From Octopus vulgaris (Eukaryota), in the NCBI GenBank assembly GCA_951406725.2, contig OX597832.1, forward strand, positions 17,794,001-17,858,000: a stretch of 64,000 bases of DNA, in the 5' to 3' direction. The notes beneath the pieces are model-generated. The model had not been told where the DNA came from, ran no database searches, and was given only the letters and a program-made list of their open reading frames with translations. A program made the translations under genes and the position numbers. Below are positions 44,714 to 59,662 of the stretch, piece by piece (the first letter of the stretch is position 1; each line of letters opens with the position of its first letter).

Positions 44714-44915
44714 AAGGCGGCGAGCTAGCAGAATCGTTAGCACGCCGGGCGATATGCTTAGCGCTATTTCGTCTGCCGCTACGTTCTGAGTTCAAATTCC
44801 GCTGAGGTCGAATTTGCCTTTCATCGATGAAATAAGTACCAGTTACGCACTGAGGTCGATATAGTCGATTAACCCCCTTCCCCTAAAATGTTAAAGGCCT
44901 TGTGCCTGGAGTACA
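44714..44915 (+). mobile_element. SINE family A
   Basis: Consensus match, followed by (AAT)n. Confidence 0.85.
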
Positions 44916-44937
44916 AATAATAATAATAATAATAATA

Positions 44938-45003
<66 letters not shown>

Positions 45004-45004
45004 G

Positions 45005-45210
45005 AAGGCGGTGAGCTGGCAGAATCGTTAGCACGCCGAATGAAATGCTTAAATGTATTTCGTCTGCCGCTAAGTTCTGAGTTCAAATTCCGGCGAGGTC
45101 GAATTAGCCTTTCACCATCTCGGGGACGATAAATGGAGTACCTGTGAAACACTGGGGCTGATTTAACAATTTACTTCTCTCCCTGAAGCTGCCCTTGTGA
45201 CAAAATATGA
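45005..45210 (+). mobile_element. SINE family A
   Basis: Consensus match. Confidence 0.85.
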
Positions 45211-45739
45211 AATCATTATTATTATCGTTTTGTTGTTTAATTATTATTATCGTTTTGTTGTGGGAAAGGCTTGAAGGATTTGGGGAGGAGTGTAGCATAT
45301 GACCGGGTGGCCCTTACACAACTTACATGTCTTACATGAGCGAGGCATGGGAAATGGCGGGATACAGGAATTCAAGCGGCATTCAAGAAATTGATGGATA
45401 TATTGATGGATATATCGATGAGTACGATGCGAAATAGCATCTTTAGAGGGTTTGAAACCTCATCTTACTGTATTATTTGTAGTGGTTTATAACCTCAATT
45501 GTGTGTTTAAAAAAAAACATGTTAAGTAAGAGGTATTAGTGCCTCCTTCTTATATAATGTTTGAAACCTCATATTGATTTTTCAAAAAAGAAAATATGTT
45601 TTCGAGAAAAATCCAATCGCCGGGTGTTGGGTTTCGTCTCTCATTTATTCTTTTGTTTAATATTCATTCATTAATGTGTTTGTCCAGCCCGCAAAGCTAC
45701 CAAATCTTTGTACTGCCTTTATGGCAAATTTGATAAAAT

Positions 45740-46152
45740 AAAGTAGCTTGCTTACCAATCACATAGTTCCGGGTTCAATCTCACTGTGAGGCACCTTGGG
45801 CAAGTGTCTTCTACTATAGCCTCAGGCCGACCAAAGCCTTGTGAGTGGATTTGGTAGACGGAAACTGAAAGAAGCCCGTCGTATATATGTATATATATAA
45901 ATATATATATATATGTATGTATCTATGTATGTGTGTGTATATGTTTGTGTGCATGTTTGTCCTCCCAACATCGATTGACAACCGATGCTGGCGTGTTTGC
46001 GTCCCCGTAACTTAGCAGTTAGGCAAAAGAGCCCGATAGAATAAGTACTAGGCTTACAAAGAATAAGTCCTGGGGTCGATTTGCTCGACTAAAGGCGGTG
46101 CCCCACTATGGTCAAAGTCAAATGACTGAAACAAGTAAAATAGTAAAAGAGT
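45740..46152 (+). mobile_element. SINE family B, near-consensus
   Basis: High similarity to 60108-60515 and 1915-2340. Confidence 0.85.
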
Positions 46153-46249
46153 CAAAGGCACGGCAAACCATATATCCAGCCGTAAGACATCGTGTAATAA
46201 TGGACGGGATAGTCATAGAAAGAATTGCTTTAATATATTGCCTGTACTT

Positions 46250-46482
46250 GAAGGCGGCGAGCTGGCAGAAACGTTAGCACGCCGGGCGAAATGCGTTGCC
46301 GTATTTCGTCTGCCGTTACGTTCCGAGTTCAAATTCCGCCGAGGTCGAATTTGCCTTTCATCCTTCCGGGGTCGATAAATTAAGTACCAGTTACGCACTG
46401 GGGTCGATGTAATCGACTTAATCCGTTTGTCTGTCCTTGTTTGTCTCCTCGGTGTTTAGCCCCTTGTGGGTAGTAAAGAAAA
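46250..46482 (+). mobile_element. SINE family A, near-consensus full length
   Basis: GGCGGCGAGCTGGCAGAAACGTTAGC...CCCTTGTGGGTAGTAAAGAAA. Confidence 0.9.
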
Positions 46483-47410
46483 ATAAATATATATATTGCC
46501 TGTACTGTTCACTTTGACCTAGAGCTAAAAGTTTCATACGACAAACATAACCAAGCTTATAATGAGAGCTGTGTTTTATGCGGCAGTATATGCGCGGGCT
46601 GCCGGAGAAAACTTGCAGGCTTAAAAAAAAACGTATGCAGTCAAAAGTAGAGTGTGTCCGTGTGTGCGCATGTATCCAAGTACGTCCCGGTATCGGAGCG
46701 TGCGCGGGCATTATTGCGTGTGTGCTTGTGTACGTATGTGTATCTGCATGCGCGTGTGCGTACGTGTGTATGTGCGCGTGTGTGTGAACGTATGTGTGAT
46801 TGTGTTTGTGCGTGTATGTGTGATTGTGTTTGTGTGTGCGTGTGTTTGTGCTTGTGCGTATGTGTGTATATGTGTGTGTGCATATATATACATATACATG
46901 CATATATATATACACCCATACACGCACACAAACGTATATATATATGCATGTGTATGTCTGTATGTATACCTTTCCAAACGAACACACATATACTCACACA
47001 CTCATATATGCATATACATACATAAAAATATATATACCTGTGCGTACGCAAAGACGTGTTAATATATGTGTATATATATATATACATACATACAGGTGTG
47101 TGTGCGTGTGTTTCCGCATGGGTGCGTGATAACCTATCTAAGTGTGGCTAAGTATATCCACAAATGTATATTAATTTATCTCTTCATTCTTCAGACAGCA
47201 GCGATGTAGGGGCAACGCCCTGAATAGTTTTAGACGAACGACCTTATCCCACGGCTCATATGGTGTTGTTTTTTATGCCTGGTGATTTTAATATCAGTCC
47301 TTCCTCCTAGCCGAGAAGTTATTGGAACGTAAATACATTGACACCGGATTTCATTCGTTCGTCCGGGATAAATACCGACGCAAACATACACACAAACACA
47401 TACACAAAAT

Positions 47411-47461
<51 letters not shown>

Positions 47462-47810
47462 TGACACTCGGTCGGTTTCGACGAGAAGCGTTCCATTTGA
47501 TCCAATCAACGGAACAGTCTACTCGTGAAATTAACGTGCAAGTGGCTGAGTACTGCACAGACACTTGCACCCGTAACGTAGTTCTCGGGGAGATTCAAAG
47601 TGGCACACACTGTAACAAGACTGGCCCATTGGTATATAAGTACAACAGAAACAAGAAGAAAGGGTAGGAGAAAGTTGTGATAAAAGAGTAGAGCAGGGTT
47701 CGCTAGCTACCCCTGGCGGAGCCTCGACGATCTTTAGGTGTTTTCACCTGGTCTGGGAATAGAAACCGCGATCCTACAACTACGAGTCCGCTGCCCTAAC
47801 CACTGGGCAA
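47462..47810 (-). mobile_element. SINE family C, tail type 2
   Basis: Similar to 44198-44582. Confidence 0.8.
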
Positions 47811-48399
47811 TATTTATGGTTTCGTTGCGAATGTTTTTTTTTTTCTTTTTCTATACGGCGCCGTTTTTGCAATCCTGCAAATAATGATAATGGTATTTTT
47901 ATATGAGCTAAACGATGAAAGCGATCATCGTGCAATGACTAAGAAAAATAGTCTAATAAAGGGGCATATCAGCCCTCGATGCGAAAAAGAAGGCTATCCT
48001 ATCCGCGTGGGAGTCCATCCTACATCCCTGTAATGGTATAACTATATGTATATGTTCGTGTGCATCTCGTGATGTGTGTACAGGTACATGTATGCATCTG
48101 ACACCGTATATTAGCCGGTGTTTTCAAAGCGATGATTAGCTTTGCGGAAACCATGGTACGCCTTGTTTTCTGACTCTTTAATCATCCCATAATAATAACT
48201 TTTATGACTTTTATTACTACCTCAGTCCATCTAAATGTATATATCTGTCGTTACCTGTCATAAAAAGCCTTTTTTTATTTACAATGTGCACTTTCGTTGA
48301 TTTTTCATATTTTACCCTTACATTTCCACGTATATTTTATATTTTATTTTTGTAACATATTTCAACTATACATACATATATATATATATTTATATATAA

Positions 48400-48451
<52 letters not shown>

Positions 48452-48482
48452 CACATACACTCACACATATATACATACACCT

Positions 48483-48516
<34 letters not shown>

Positions 48517-48519
48517 GCA

Positions 48520-50745
48520 TCACAAGCTGAGTCAAGTGCAGATACAAGAGATTGCAGACCGGTTTCAGTATGACTGTCAGGATCACAATCGTTAACGTAC
48601 AACAGTTCCCTGAGTGAAGTGAAAACATTCGCTTTGAATTTCACTCTGGTCAGATTAAAAGCATTCCCTGTCGTTCGATTGTTTGATATTTTACGTAAAT
48701 ACCCTCCCCAGAGATTTGAAAAGCGTGTGACAACACAACAGCAAAGTATATTGTAAAGAGAATGGGTGCATCAAGATCTCCTTGCTTTACACTATTTTCC
48801 ACGGTAAAAGATTCAAAGAGCCTACCACCAAAATTAATTTTAGCTTTCATCTACTGTTGCAAAGCCCTGATCATGTTTACAGTGTTTTCTGAGCATTTCG
48901 ACTAACAGCATCGAATGCTTTGTTCAAATTAACAAAGCAGTGGTCTAGGGCTAGATACAGTTCAATGCAGTTTTCTTGAGAATGTCTTATAGTAAAGATA
49001 CAATCAGCTGTGCCCCTGGAGGAGCGAAAACCACACTGAGACTCAGACACCATATTTGGAACTATGAAGGTATTTAAACGTTCTAGCAAAATGCAGACAA
49101 GTACCTTTCCAACCACAGATAAAGACGAAATCCCACGAAAATTACCACACAGATCCTTTGGCCCCGATTTATACAAGGAGACTGAAATGGCATCAATCCA
49201 GTCTTGAGGTACTTTCTCAGTTCTCCAACAGAGATAAATTAATATATTTAAGAGTTCAAATATTTTGTCGCTCCCGTATTTCAAAACTTCTGCACAGATT
49301 CCATCAGACCCTAGAGACTTATTGGCATTCAACTTAATCAGAGCCAAATAAATGTCATTTAGAGTTGGTACAAATACCATCTGTTCTATAACTGGAAGGC
49401 GTTCAATTTTTTTCTTTCGTCCTCATGTCAGCGGATGATGGTCTATTCAAAAGTGCAGGAAAATATTCTACCCAAAACTGCGTTGTCGATCAGAGGCAAA
49501 CGACCATTTTCTATTCTCGCTGGAGCTATTGAAGAAGATTTTGGGCCATATACCTCCTTAACATAAGAGTCCAAACCCTTGGCATCATTTCTATCAGCTG
49601 CTTCTTTTGTGCGCCATTTGCTCTATCATTCCACCATTCCTGTTTAATTTTCCTTAGAGCAGTCTGCACTTTCCTTTATAGCCTTTTGTAAGTTTCGGTT
49701 GATTTGGTGTTCAAGAACTGAGAAAGAAATGTATTGCCTAAGTTTGTTTTTCTAAAAGTAGATCATGAATTTCTGCTGATATTTCTGAGAACCAGTCACT
49801 GGAATTACAAATTACGTGATTTAAATCCCACTGACGAACTTACAGCCTGAAATACCTTTGTTTGGAAATCTTCCCATAGATTGTTTGGGTCAACATTGAT
49901 ACTTTCTATAGCATCGTGGAATCTTTGCAAATTGCTTGGTAACTGACAGTTTGTAACATTCAACCCTTTGGATACCTTAGGACCAGACTGTCGATTTTTA
50001 TGCATTATCGAAAAACTTACTCTTCCACGCACTAGATGATATTCAGTGGAGCTCTATGCTCGTCTCATGGCCCGAATGTTAGAAAGTCTTCCATATCACG
50101 TTTTCTGATCAAAATATAATCTATGAGATGCCAGTACTTCGATCTTGGGTACATCCAGGTGGTTTTATATTCATTTTTCTGTTTAAACAATATGTTGGTA
50201 ACAACCAGATTATTCTCAGTACAAAACCTCAAAAGAGCTACTCCATTATTATTACATTTCCCAATCCCATGTCGACCTTAACCAGGCCATGAAACGTAGA
50301 CCTTTCCAACTTTTGCGTTAAAATCACCCAATATGACAAACTTGTCATAAATTGGTACTTTCCTCAATAATTGTGCTAGATCATCATAAAACTGCCCCAG
50401 AGTTTCGTCAGAATGGGACATATTTGGTGCATAAATACTGACAACGGTAAGAAACCTACCTTTTGTCAGTTTAATACGGCATGACATTGTTCGTTCAGAT
50501 ATACCACTAGGAAGATCTGCAATGGAGTATACAAATAAATTCTTGAGAGCAAACCCAAGATTCTCTACGCTGACCCTTAGGTAGGTCCCTCCAGAAGATA
50601 TTATACCCATAAAGATAGTATATCCTGACGTTCCCAAACCATTTTTGCTATTTACAGTATCTGTTTGAGACACTTTAGAGTAAGTTACAAGTGAATGTTT
50701 AGGTTTCTGCCAACTAACCAATTCAATGATACGACACTTACAGAC
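48520..50745 (-). mobile_element. Decayed RTE-clade LINE (APE endonuclease + reverse transcriptase)
   Basis: APE motifs TVVSIYAP, FYDDL, ILGDFNAKVG (50278-50721); RT motifs FRGISSLSVVGKV, ESQCGFR, FVNLNKAFD, VKQGD, LLYVND (YADD); stops and frameshifts. Confidence 0.9.
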
Positions 50746-50763
50746 AGCATTACCAACACGCTC

Positions 50764-50839
<76 letters not shown>

Positions 50840-50867
50840 CAGTAGTATTTTATCAATATTATACGTA

Positions 50868-51098
50868 AATTTCTTTATTGCCCACAGGGAGTGAAACATA
50901 GAGGGGACAAGCAAGGACAGACAAAGGGATAAAGTCGATGACATCGACCACAGTGCACAACTGGTACTTATTTAATTGACCCTGAAAGGATGAAAAGCAA
51001 AGTCGATCTCGGCGGAATTTGAACTCAGAACGTAACGGCAGACGAAATAGCGCTAAGCATGCCACCCGGCGTACTAACGATCCTACCAGCTCGCCGCC
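50868..51098 (-). mobile_element. SINE family A, full length
   Basis: Consensus match. Confidence 0.85.
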
Positions 51099-51121
51099 AT
51101 GGTTACTGTGTATTATTATAT

Positions 51122-51155
<34 letters not shown>

Positions 51156-51159
<4 letters not shown>

Positions 51160-51696
51160 AATATAAGAGAGTGGTCACTATATTGATCACCCTAGCACCA
51201 GTTAATCCAAAAGGTTTCAACCACGAAAAATACATGTTTCCCATGAAAGCCAGTACGACTGTTAGCTCACACGGACAGGGCAAATAAAAAATAACAAAAA
51301 TACAGATTATTTTGGGACAATTGTTTCGCTATCAATGAATTAAATGTAATACATTTAATACATTTAATACATTTAATACATTTAATTCATTGATAGCGAA
51401 ACAATTGTCCCAAAATAATCTGTATTTTTGTTATTTTTTATTTGCCCTGTCCGTGTGAGCTAACAGTCGTACTGGCTTTCATGGGAAACATGTATTTTTC
51501 GTGGTTGAAACCTTTTGGATTAACTGGTGCTAGGGTGATCAATATAGTGACCACTCTCTTATATTTATTTTGTGAAAATATTATAATATGTTATAAAATA
51601 TTATAATAATCCAGGTTTCTCGTAGCACTAGGCCACTTGGTGTGGAATAAATATACTATTAAATTAGTATCTAATTCTCTCACCCTTATTAATTAT

Positions 51697-51700
<4 letters not shown>
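51156..51700. mobile_element. PLE-type fold-back with apparently perfect 193-bp inverted arms
   Basis: 51156-51348 is the reverse complement of 51377-51569; loop of AATACATTT repeats; HHR 3' half GAAA-caattg-TC at 51398-51409. Confidence 0.85.
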
Positions 51701-51740
<40 letters not shown>

Positions 51741-51745
51741 TATTA

Positions 51746-52160
<415 letters not shown>

Positions 52161-52184
52161 TATAGATAGATAGATAGATAGATA

Positions 52185-52339
52185 GACCCCAGTGCGTAAC
52201 TGATACTTAATTTATCGACCCCGAAAGGATGAAAGGCAAAGTCGACCTCGGCGGAATTTGAACTCAGAACGTAACGGCAGACGAAATACGGCTACGCATT
52301 TCGCCCGGCGTGCTAACGTTTCTGCCAGCTCACCGCCTT
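52185..52339 (-). mobile_element. SINE family A, near-consensus
   Basis: Consensus match; adjacent inverted 3' fragment at 52343-52460. Confidence 0.85.
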
Positions 52340-52520
52340 CTATCGACTTTGCCTCCTATCTTATCGAGATTGATTAAATGAGTACCAGTCAAACATTGAG
52401 CTCCTTGCAATCGACTTTCAATTTCACTCGGACTTAGCCGACATTGTGCCTAAATTTTAAACCATTATCGCTATCATTATCATCATCGATATCATCGTCG
52501 TCGTCATTATCCTCATCATT

Positions 52521-52565
<45 letters not shown>

Positions 52566-53076
52566 AGCAGTAGTAGTATTTTTTGTAGTAGTATTTGTAG
52601 TAGTAGTAGTAGTAGTAGTTGCAGCAGTGTATTTTGCACGTGAAGGACAGTGTTTGGTAGTTTCTAAGTCGTTTTAGAATGTTGTTGTTTTCAAGAATTT
52701 TTTGGTTTTTTGTTCCAATTTGATTTTTATCCAAACAACATCCACTGAGGCTATTTAGCTTTGTGAAATTTTTGCCACTTCGGGAAGAAAATTGTAACCT
52801 TTAAATACCGAAGTTAAGTGGTTAAAAACAAACGCAGAGACAAAAACAAATATGGCTTGACAAATTCAGTGGGGTTAGTTAGCTGTTTCAACAGCTGGAG
52901 CAATATTAACTTCAAGCTATTCTTTGTTAAAAGAAAACGTATGCACGGCGATAATAATGTTAACAAGAAGAGCGACAACGCCGGAAAAAATCCCGGATTA
53001 AAAGACGTGTGAAAGAAAACTAAAAATCACTACAGTCAGCACCAGTACCGAGCATGAAAGAATAATAGGACAGCAG

Positions 53077-53270
53077 TGGAGGCGCAATGGCCCAGTAGTT
53101 AGGGCAGTGGACTCACGGTCGTAAGAACGTGATTTCGATTCCCAGACCGGGAATTGTGAGTGTTTATTGAGTAAAAACACCTAAGTTCCACGAGGCTCCG
53201 GCGGCGAGAGGTGGTGAACCCTGCTGTATTCTTTCCCCACAACTTTCTCTCACTCTTTCTTCCTACTTCT
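53077..53270 (+). mobile_element. SINE family C 5' part
   Basis: GGAGGCGCAATGGCCCAGTAGTTAGGGCAG...TTCGATTCCCAGACCGGG. Confidence 0.8.
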
Positions 53271-53626
53271 GCCACAAAGCAGAGGAACCACGGTGTGACC
53301 CACTATGGTACGGTAAACTTTCAGACCCTAGTCTAAATTGCGAATCCTCTGTACTCCAGGATGGTTCAGCTCTCCACCCGTTTACGGAATGTGGATAACA
53401 ACGTAGCTTTCGCACCCGTGCAACAGCATTCTATCGCGTGTGGTGTGTAGATATTCAAGTTGCCACACGCATTCTTAGTAGCTTAGAGTAGGCTCGAATT
53501 AGAGATTATTCTTTGTGGCTAATGGCGTGAGTCCAGAACAGCATCGAAAAGAGAAAGGAAATATCTAAATTGTCCTTTCAGTATACTTGAAAACTATACC
53601 GCTGCCATCATTAGAACAAAGAGAAC

Positions 53627-54043
53627 AGGCGCTGTTGTGTGGTAAAATGTTTGCTTCCTAGCCACAGGAACCTGGGTTCAGTCCCACTGCGTGGTGCTTT
53701 GGTTTAATGCATTCTAATATATCACCTCACTGAGCAAATCCTTTTGAGTAGATTTGAGATGGAAACTGAAAGAAATTCGGCGTGTTTGTGTGTGTGTGTA
53801 TGTGTTGGTGTGTGTGTGTGTGTGTGTATGTGTTTGCATGTGTGTGTGTGTTTCTTCCCCAAAATCGCGTGACAAGAGATACTGGTGTGTTTACGTCCCA
53901 TAACATAGCGGTTCGGCAGAAGAGACAAAGCGACAAATGGAGTAAGTACTAGGCTTACAAAGAATAAGTCCTGGGGTCGAACTGCTCGAGTAAAGGCGGG
54001 GATCCAGCATGGCGGCAGTCAAATGACTGAAACAAATAAAATA
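53627..54043 (+). mobile_element. SINE family B
   Basis: Head, (TG)n and tail; an inverted family B head follows at 54128-54285. Confidence 0.8.
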
Positions 54044-54062
54044 ATGCACATACACACGCACA

Positions 54063-54128
<66 letters not shown>

Positions 54129-54440
54129 CGACGGGCTTCTTTCAGTTTCTGTCTACCAAAACCACTTACAAGGCTTTGGTCAACGTGAAGCTATATTAGA
54201 AGACACTTGCCCAAATTGCCACGCAGTGGGACTGAACCCGGAATCATGTGGTTGGTATGCTAGCTACTTACAACACACCCACTCATACATATATGTATAT
54301 GCATATTTATGTATATAACTAAATTTGTCTTTGCATACATACATACATATATATATATACATACGTACATACATACATACATACATACATACATACATAC
54401 ATACAAACATACATACATACATACATACATATATACATAT

Positions 54441-54517
<77 letters not shown>

Positions 54518-54549
54518 TAAACACATGCTTATATATATGCATACGTAAG

Positions 54550-54595
<46 letters not shown>

Positions 54596-55048
54596 CACAC
54601 ATGCTTACATATATGCCTAGGTACGTACATATATAAATACATACATACATACATACAATGTCTGTAAAACTCGTCTCATCCGACCACGTTTGACTTTCGT
54701 TTCGAGAAGTGTGTCTGTGTGTTCGTTACATTTACCGTTCGTGTCAGACGTCACCATATCAAGTAGGCTGCTGTTGTACTTGCCGTACCGTTCGTTATTG
54801 GTGCCGTGGCAGAATCGTTAGTGCCTCTGTAAAACAGCTTCGTATAATCTTTCTAGAAATATAAATTATGATTTCGAACTTCATCGACGTCGGTCTTATC
54901 TCTCATTCCTTTTGGGTCCCATAAGCAAATGCATCAATCAAGTGCTGGGATCAACAGTATTTACTTACCTGTTGCTTCCCTTAAAAGCATTGTTCTTGTG
55001 CTGAATTCAGATACCATTGAATGATGCGAGCTGGCAGAACCGTTATAG

Positions 55049-55298
55049 CAGTGGTCATGAAACAGGGTCCATGTGGCTTTTGGAGCTGAAAATAAGATAT
55101 ATTCTTTAAAATTTATGACCCAAAAATTCCTTATATTTATATAATCAACCAGATACTTTCACAATTTACAAGTACAGCTTTTAATGATATTTAATAATAA
55201 AAATGTAATAGGACGTTTTAAAATTTTAAGTGTTATAGGTGTCTAACAGAGTTAAATATTTATCAAAGGGATTCATTGAAAATGGTTGAGAACCACTG
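55049..55298. mobile_element. hAT (Charlie/MER5-like) MITE inside a SINE A copy (55023-55490)
   Basis: Termini CAGTGGTCATGAAAC / GGTTGAGAACCACTG; SINE A continues on both sides; TSD not clean. Confidence 0.6.
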
Positions 55299-55514
55299 CT
55301 TTGGACTGTCACAAAAAATGCTTCTCGACATTTGTTCCGGATATTTACGTTCTGATTTTTAATTGCTTGTTTGAACCTTGTCCTTCCTATTATCCGCGTC
55401 AATAAATTTAAGTACCAGTCGAGAACTGAGAAAGGTTTAACCAACTAAAGCCCTTCTGCTTAATTTGCTAGCCTCGAGCTGAAGTTAGTATATATTTTAT
55501 ATACTTCATATATT

Positions 55515-56760
55515 TCAGCGTTAGAAGTCTTGCTACGAAGAGACTTCGAGGGCTATTCCGCTGGAACTAGGTTAGATGAGCGTTGTGTCTTCATAAGTTG
55601 ACGAAGTCAATGTCATGATGTTGGACCCTTCGGACATAAAAACGAACGACATTATACTGAAAGAATATCAAGCTTGCACAGGAGCACTCATAAACCAAGA
55701 CAAATTCGTTGGAGTGCAAATAGGCTCTTGGAAAGACAAGCCCATGTGGAATGGCGGCGATTTCTGTTGCAGATCGGAGGGTCCGATGAAAGTGCCTCGA
55801 GTCTGGTTTGTATCAGATTTTCTGGTTGATAGGAACTGCAAAGAGGTTATGACTAGGCTGATCAAGCTCACCCAGATAAAGGCGAACTGGTGTGGGTATT
55901 CTTCGTGCGACACGTCTTTCAGTAGCTCATCTCATTGACAGAGCTGCTCTCATGGATCAAACGTAGGCCAAGGTTAGGCGTTTGGCATCTAGCATGTTGC
56001 CAGGTGCTGACTGCTTTTTACCAGCTGCACAAAACCGTTACCCGCAAAACGATCGAAAATTTCTATGGGGCCGACTGAGCTTATGAATAATGATTGTTTA
56101 GGATTGAATCTAGGCATCGACGAGAGTAGTTTGAGTAGTTATGTCCGGAATAACTTTGGGTCGAAGATCATGGAAAATTTGCCAAAGACTTTGGCATGGC
56201 AATGCTACAGCGGCCCATTGCTTGTTAGAGAAAACTCTTCAGGCATAGAAAGCCAAAATCCAATCCTGCCCGAGATGCTTGCAAGGGGGACGAAACCGTC
56301 CTGCTTGCAATAAGTTAGAGTCCATGCTTTAGACAGTAGTGTGATTGTGTGGAGCAGCTGTTGTCGCTTTCAAGACGAATTCAGCTGTCTGCAGAGTGTG
56401 TAGTGAAGATCGATACGCCACTTTCCGTTAACAGGGCAGGAAGGAAGATTTTTTTCTCTCATTCGTAGATGTGGCAAACGAGGCTGTGTAGCGGACACTT
56501 CTGAATGGTATGAAGACAGATACTTTCCTATCTAGCTAAGCCCTCATCAACTTCTTTAAATATCCTTTAAAAATAAAGGTGAGGGTAAAGAGCAAGGTAC
56601 AACCTTCTAGTGCGCTTAACAAAAGGTGGCCGACAGTGGAAACGCTTGTGAAACTGAATGATCCGAGTCTGAGCTTGCTTTCTAAACAGACGAAAGAAAC
56701 TAGAAGGTGGAACTTTCCCATGCCACAGTAATCCAGGATTTTTGCGTGGGGTTTAACTCG
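55515..56760 (+). mobile_element. Decayed Tx1/L1-clade LINE 3' portion (RT C-terminal part and Cys-rich region)
   Basis: LKEYQACTGALINQDKFVGVQIGSW...GPMKVPRVWF..D....NCKEV and KTLAWQCY resemble Tx1 ORF2; many stops. Confidence 0.7.
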
Positions 56761-56916
56761 GATTATCCTATGTCGACTGCCTCTCTATTGCGAATTTTAA
56801 TTATTTCTTTCTTTATTTCTAATTTCTATTTTATATCCTCTGTTATATTATTATTGTTATTATTATTATCATCATCATTACCATTATTATTAGTATTATT
56901 GTGGTTGTTGTTGTTA

Positions 56917-57011
<95 letters not shown>

Positions 57012-57013
<2 letters not shown>

Positions 57014-57230
57014 GGCAGCGATCTGGCCGAAACGTTAGCACGCTGGCCAAAATGGTTGGCGGTATTTCGTCCGTCTTCACGTTCTGCGTTCAAATTCTGC
57101 CGAGGTCGAACTTGCCTTTCATTCTTTCGAGGTCGATAAAGTAAGTACCAGTGTAACAGTGGATTCGCTGTAATCAACTAGTCCCTCTTCCACCAAATTT
57201 TAGACCTTGTGCCAGGAAGAAAATTGTAAA
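57012..57230 (+). mobile_element. SINE family A after (TAT)n
   Basis: Consensus match; a further fragment at 57390-57540. Confidence 0.8.
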
Positions 57231-58157
57231 AGAACATTTTCCCCGAGATTATTTACGCAGCGAATGGTCTTCCCATGTTCCGGTGTACACGAAATTGTTC
57301 AATGATTATACTCGCTTATATTTTATTCAGCGCTGTTTCGTATGAATTTGGCTAATCTTAATATATCTTTCTTAAAATTCTATCGTGGTCAACGTTCTGA
57401 GTTCAAGTTCCGCCGAGGATTTCTTCGGCTTTCATTCTCTCAGAGTCGATTAAATAACATATCAGACAAGAGCAAGTGTCAATTCAGTCGACGACCCCAC
57501 TTGCTCTAAGATTGCTGGTCTTGCGCAAAAATTATAAAGAATAAAATACCAGGCATATAACGAGGTAGATATGATGATCACACATTTTTCTGATACTCTA
57601 TGGGTAGTATATTCTCCTCAACGAAATGTCTTCCCACGTTCGAGTATACATGAACGAGTTATATATGATTTATGAGCACATATATTATTCAATGTCGTTA
57701 ATACAAATCTAGTTAATTTTTATTTCTAACTTTTGGTGGGACGGGTTCTTTTATTATTGGGTTTGTGAACCGAAGTTAAATACTAATAGCCACGAAGTAG
57801 ATGTCGCACAAGGCTACAGACCCACTCATAGAAAGGAGAAGAAAACAAAGAGAGAGTTTTAAAAAATGTATTTAAACTTCGTGATGGGCGTCTGTGCGTG
57901 ACTGCATGCACGTGTTTATGTATGTGCTTGTGATCCTGGGTTGCTGTATGTGTTGTGTATGTGTGCGGACGTGGGAGTGTTTGGGTGTTCAACCTGAACG
58001 ATGCTATTGTTCGACTTTCTGAAAGAAAACATCTCCTTCAGGGGGCGTATACCCTACATGCAGTTTAGATAGACACCCAGGGATGTACGAAATGAATGCA
58101 CGCATACATATATTTACCTACATATATATATAATACATACATGTGTATAGATAGATG

Positions 58158-58223
<66 letters not shown>

Positions 58224-58224
58224 C

Positions 58225-58355
<131 letters not shown>

Positions 58356-58409
58356 CAGACAGATAGATAGACAGAGACATTTATACATATGAATGAACAC
58401 ACATATATA

Positions 58410-58450
<41 letters not shown>

Positions 58451-58834
58451 GTGTGTATATAAACATATGCATACACACACACATATATATATAGGCATAT
58501 AAATACATATATCACACTGATGCATTCCATACAATGTAAGGCACACGTTTTTTTGCATGCGTATGAAATGTGTCAGCGTGTGCGTTCATATGCGTTTCTT
58601 CATTAACTTCTGTACGTGTGAAACTCTGAGTGTATTCAAGAATAGGTGTGTGTGGGCGGTGTGTATTCGTTAGACGATGTGTGCTTCACTACATGGAGCT
58701 TCCCACATGCAAATATTGTGTCGTTTGATTTGTTTTCTGCTTATTCACTTCACAAATTAATTCTCAGCAGAGAAAATGTTTGCCTAATAATTGCATGAAG
58801 TCAGTTACCTTCTTAAAATGTTTGTATACTGCTT

Positions 58835-59050
58835 ATTGGTTTCAAATTTTGTCACAAGGAAAGCAATTTCGGAAGGTGGCGTAAGTCGATTGCATAGACC
58901 TCATCTCTCAAATTCTACTCGTTTTATCAACCGGAATGGATGAAATACAAAGTCAGCGCCGGTAAAATTTGAACACTGAACGTAGGGATGGACAAAATGC
59001 CGCTAAGTGTTTTGCCCAGGGCGCTAATGATTCTGCGAGCTCGCCACCAT
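58835..59050 (-). mobile_element. SINE family A, diverged
   Basis: GGATGAAATACAAAGTC...GCTAATGATTCTGCGAGCTCGCC. Confidence 0.7.
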
Positions 59051-59389
59051 TTTCATAATGTTCATATTAGTTGCGAAATAATATCAAATGCTAGACACAG
59101 ACACAAAGATATGCGCATCATATATAGCCAGAAATTTATGGATAAGGCCTCATACAGTGCAGCTATGTACTGGCGAAAATGATGTGAATTACAAACTTAT
59201 AGTCACATATGAGTTGCATCTACGTCTGATGGTTCCATGTACAGTCCAGTGCACGACGCCCTTGGACAAGTCTCTTTTCTACTATAGCCTGGCGCTTTAT
59301 GAGTGGAGCTGAAAGAATTTTCTTCTACACACCAACACCAGTTGCCAAGCGTTGGTGGGGTGCAAACATGGATACAAAGACATACACTT

Positions 59390-59572
59390 ATTTCTTCACT
59401 GCCCACAAGGGGCTAAACATAGAGGGGACAAGCAAGGACAAAAAAAAGGGGTTAAGTTGATTACATCGACCCCAATGCGTAACTGGTACTTAATTAATCG
59501 ACACCGAAAGGATGAAAGGCAATGTCGACCTCGGCGGAATTTGAACTCAGAACGTAGCGGCAGACGAAATAC
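59390..59572 (-). mobile_element. Headless SINE A unit inside a SINE B (59328-59806)
   Basis: A unit ends at GACGAAATAC, the same boundary as the headless units at 5177-5360. Confidence 0.7.
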
Positions 59573-59631
59573 CCTTGCTCGCACACGCACACTCACAGAC
59601 ACAAACACACACACACATACACACAAGCACA

Positions 59632-59662
<31 letters not shown>

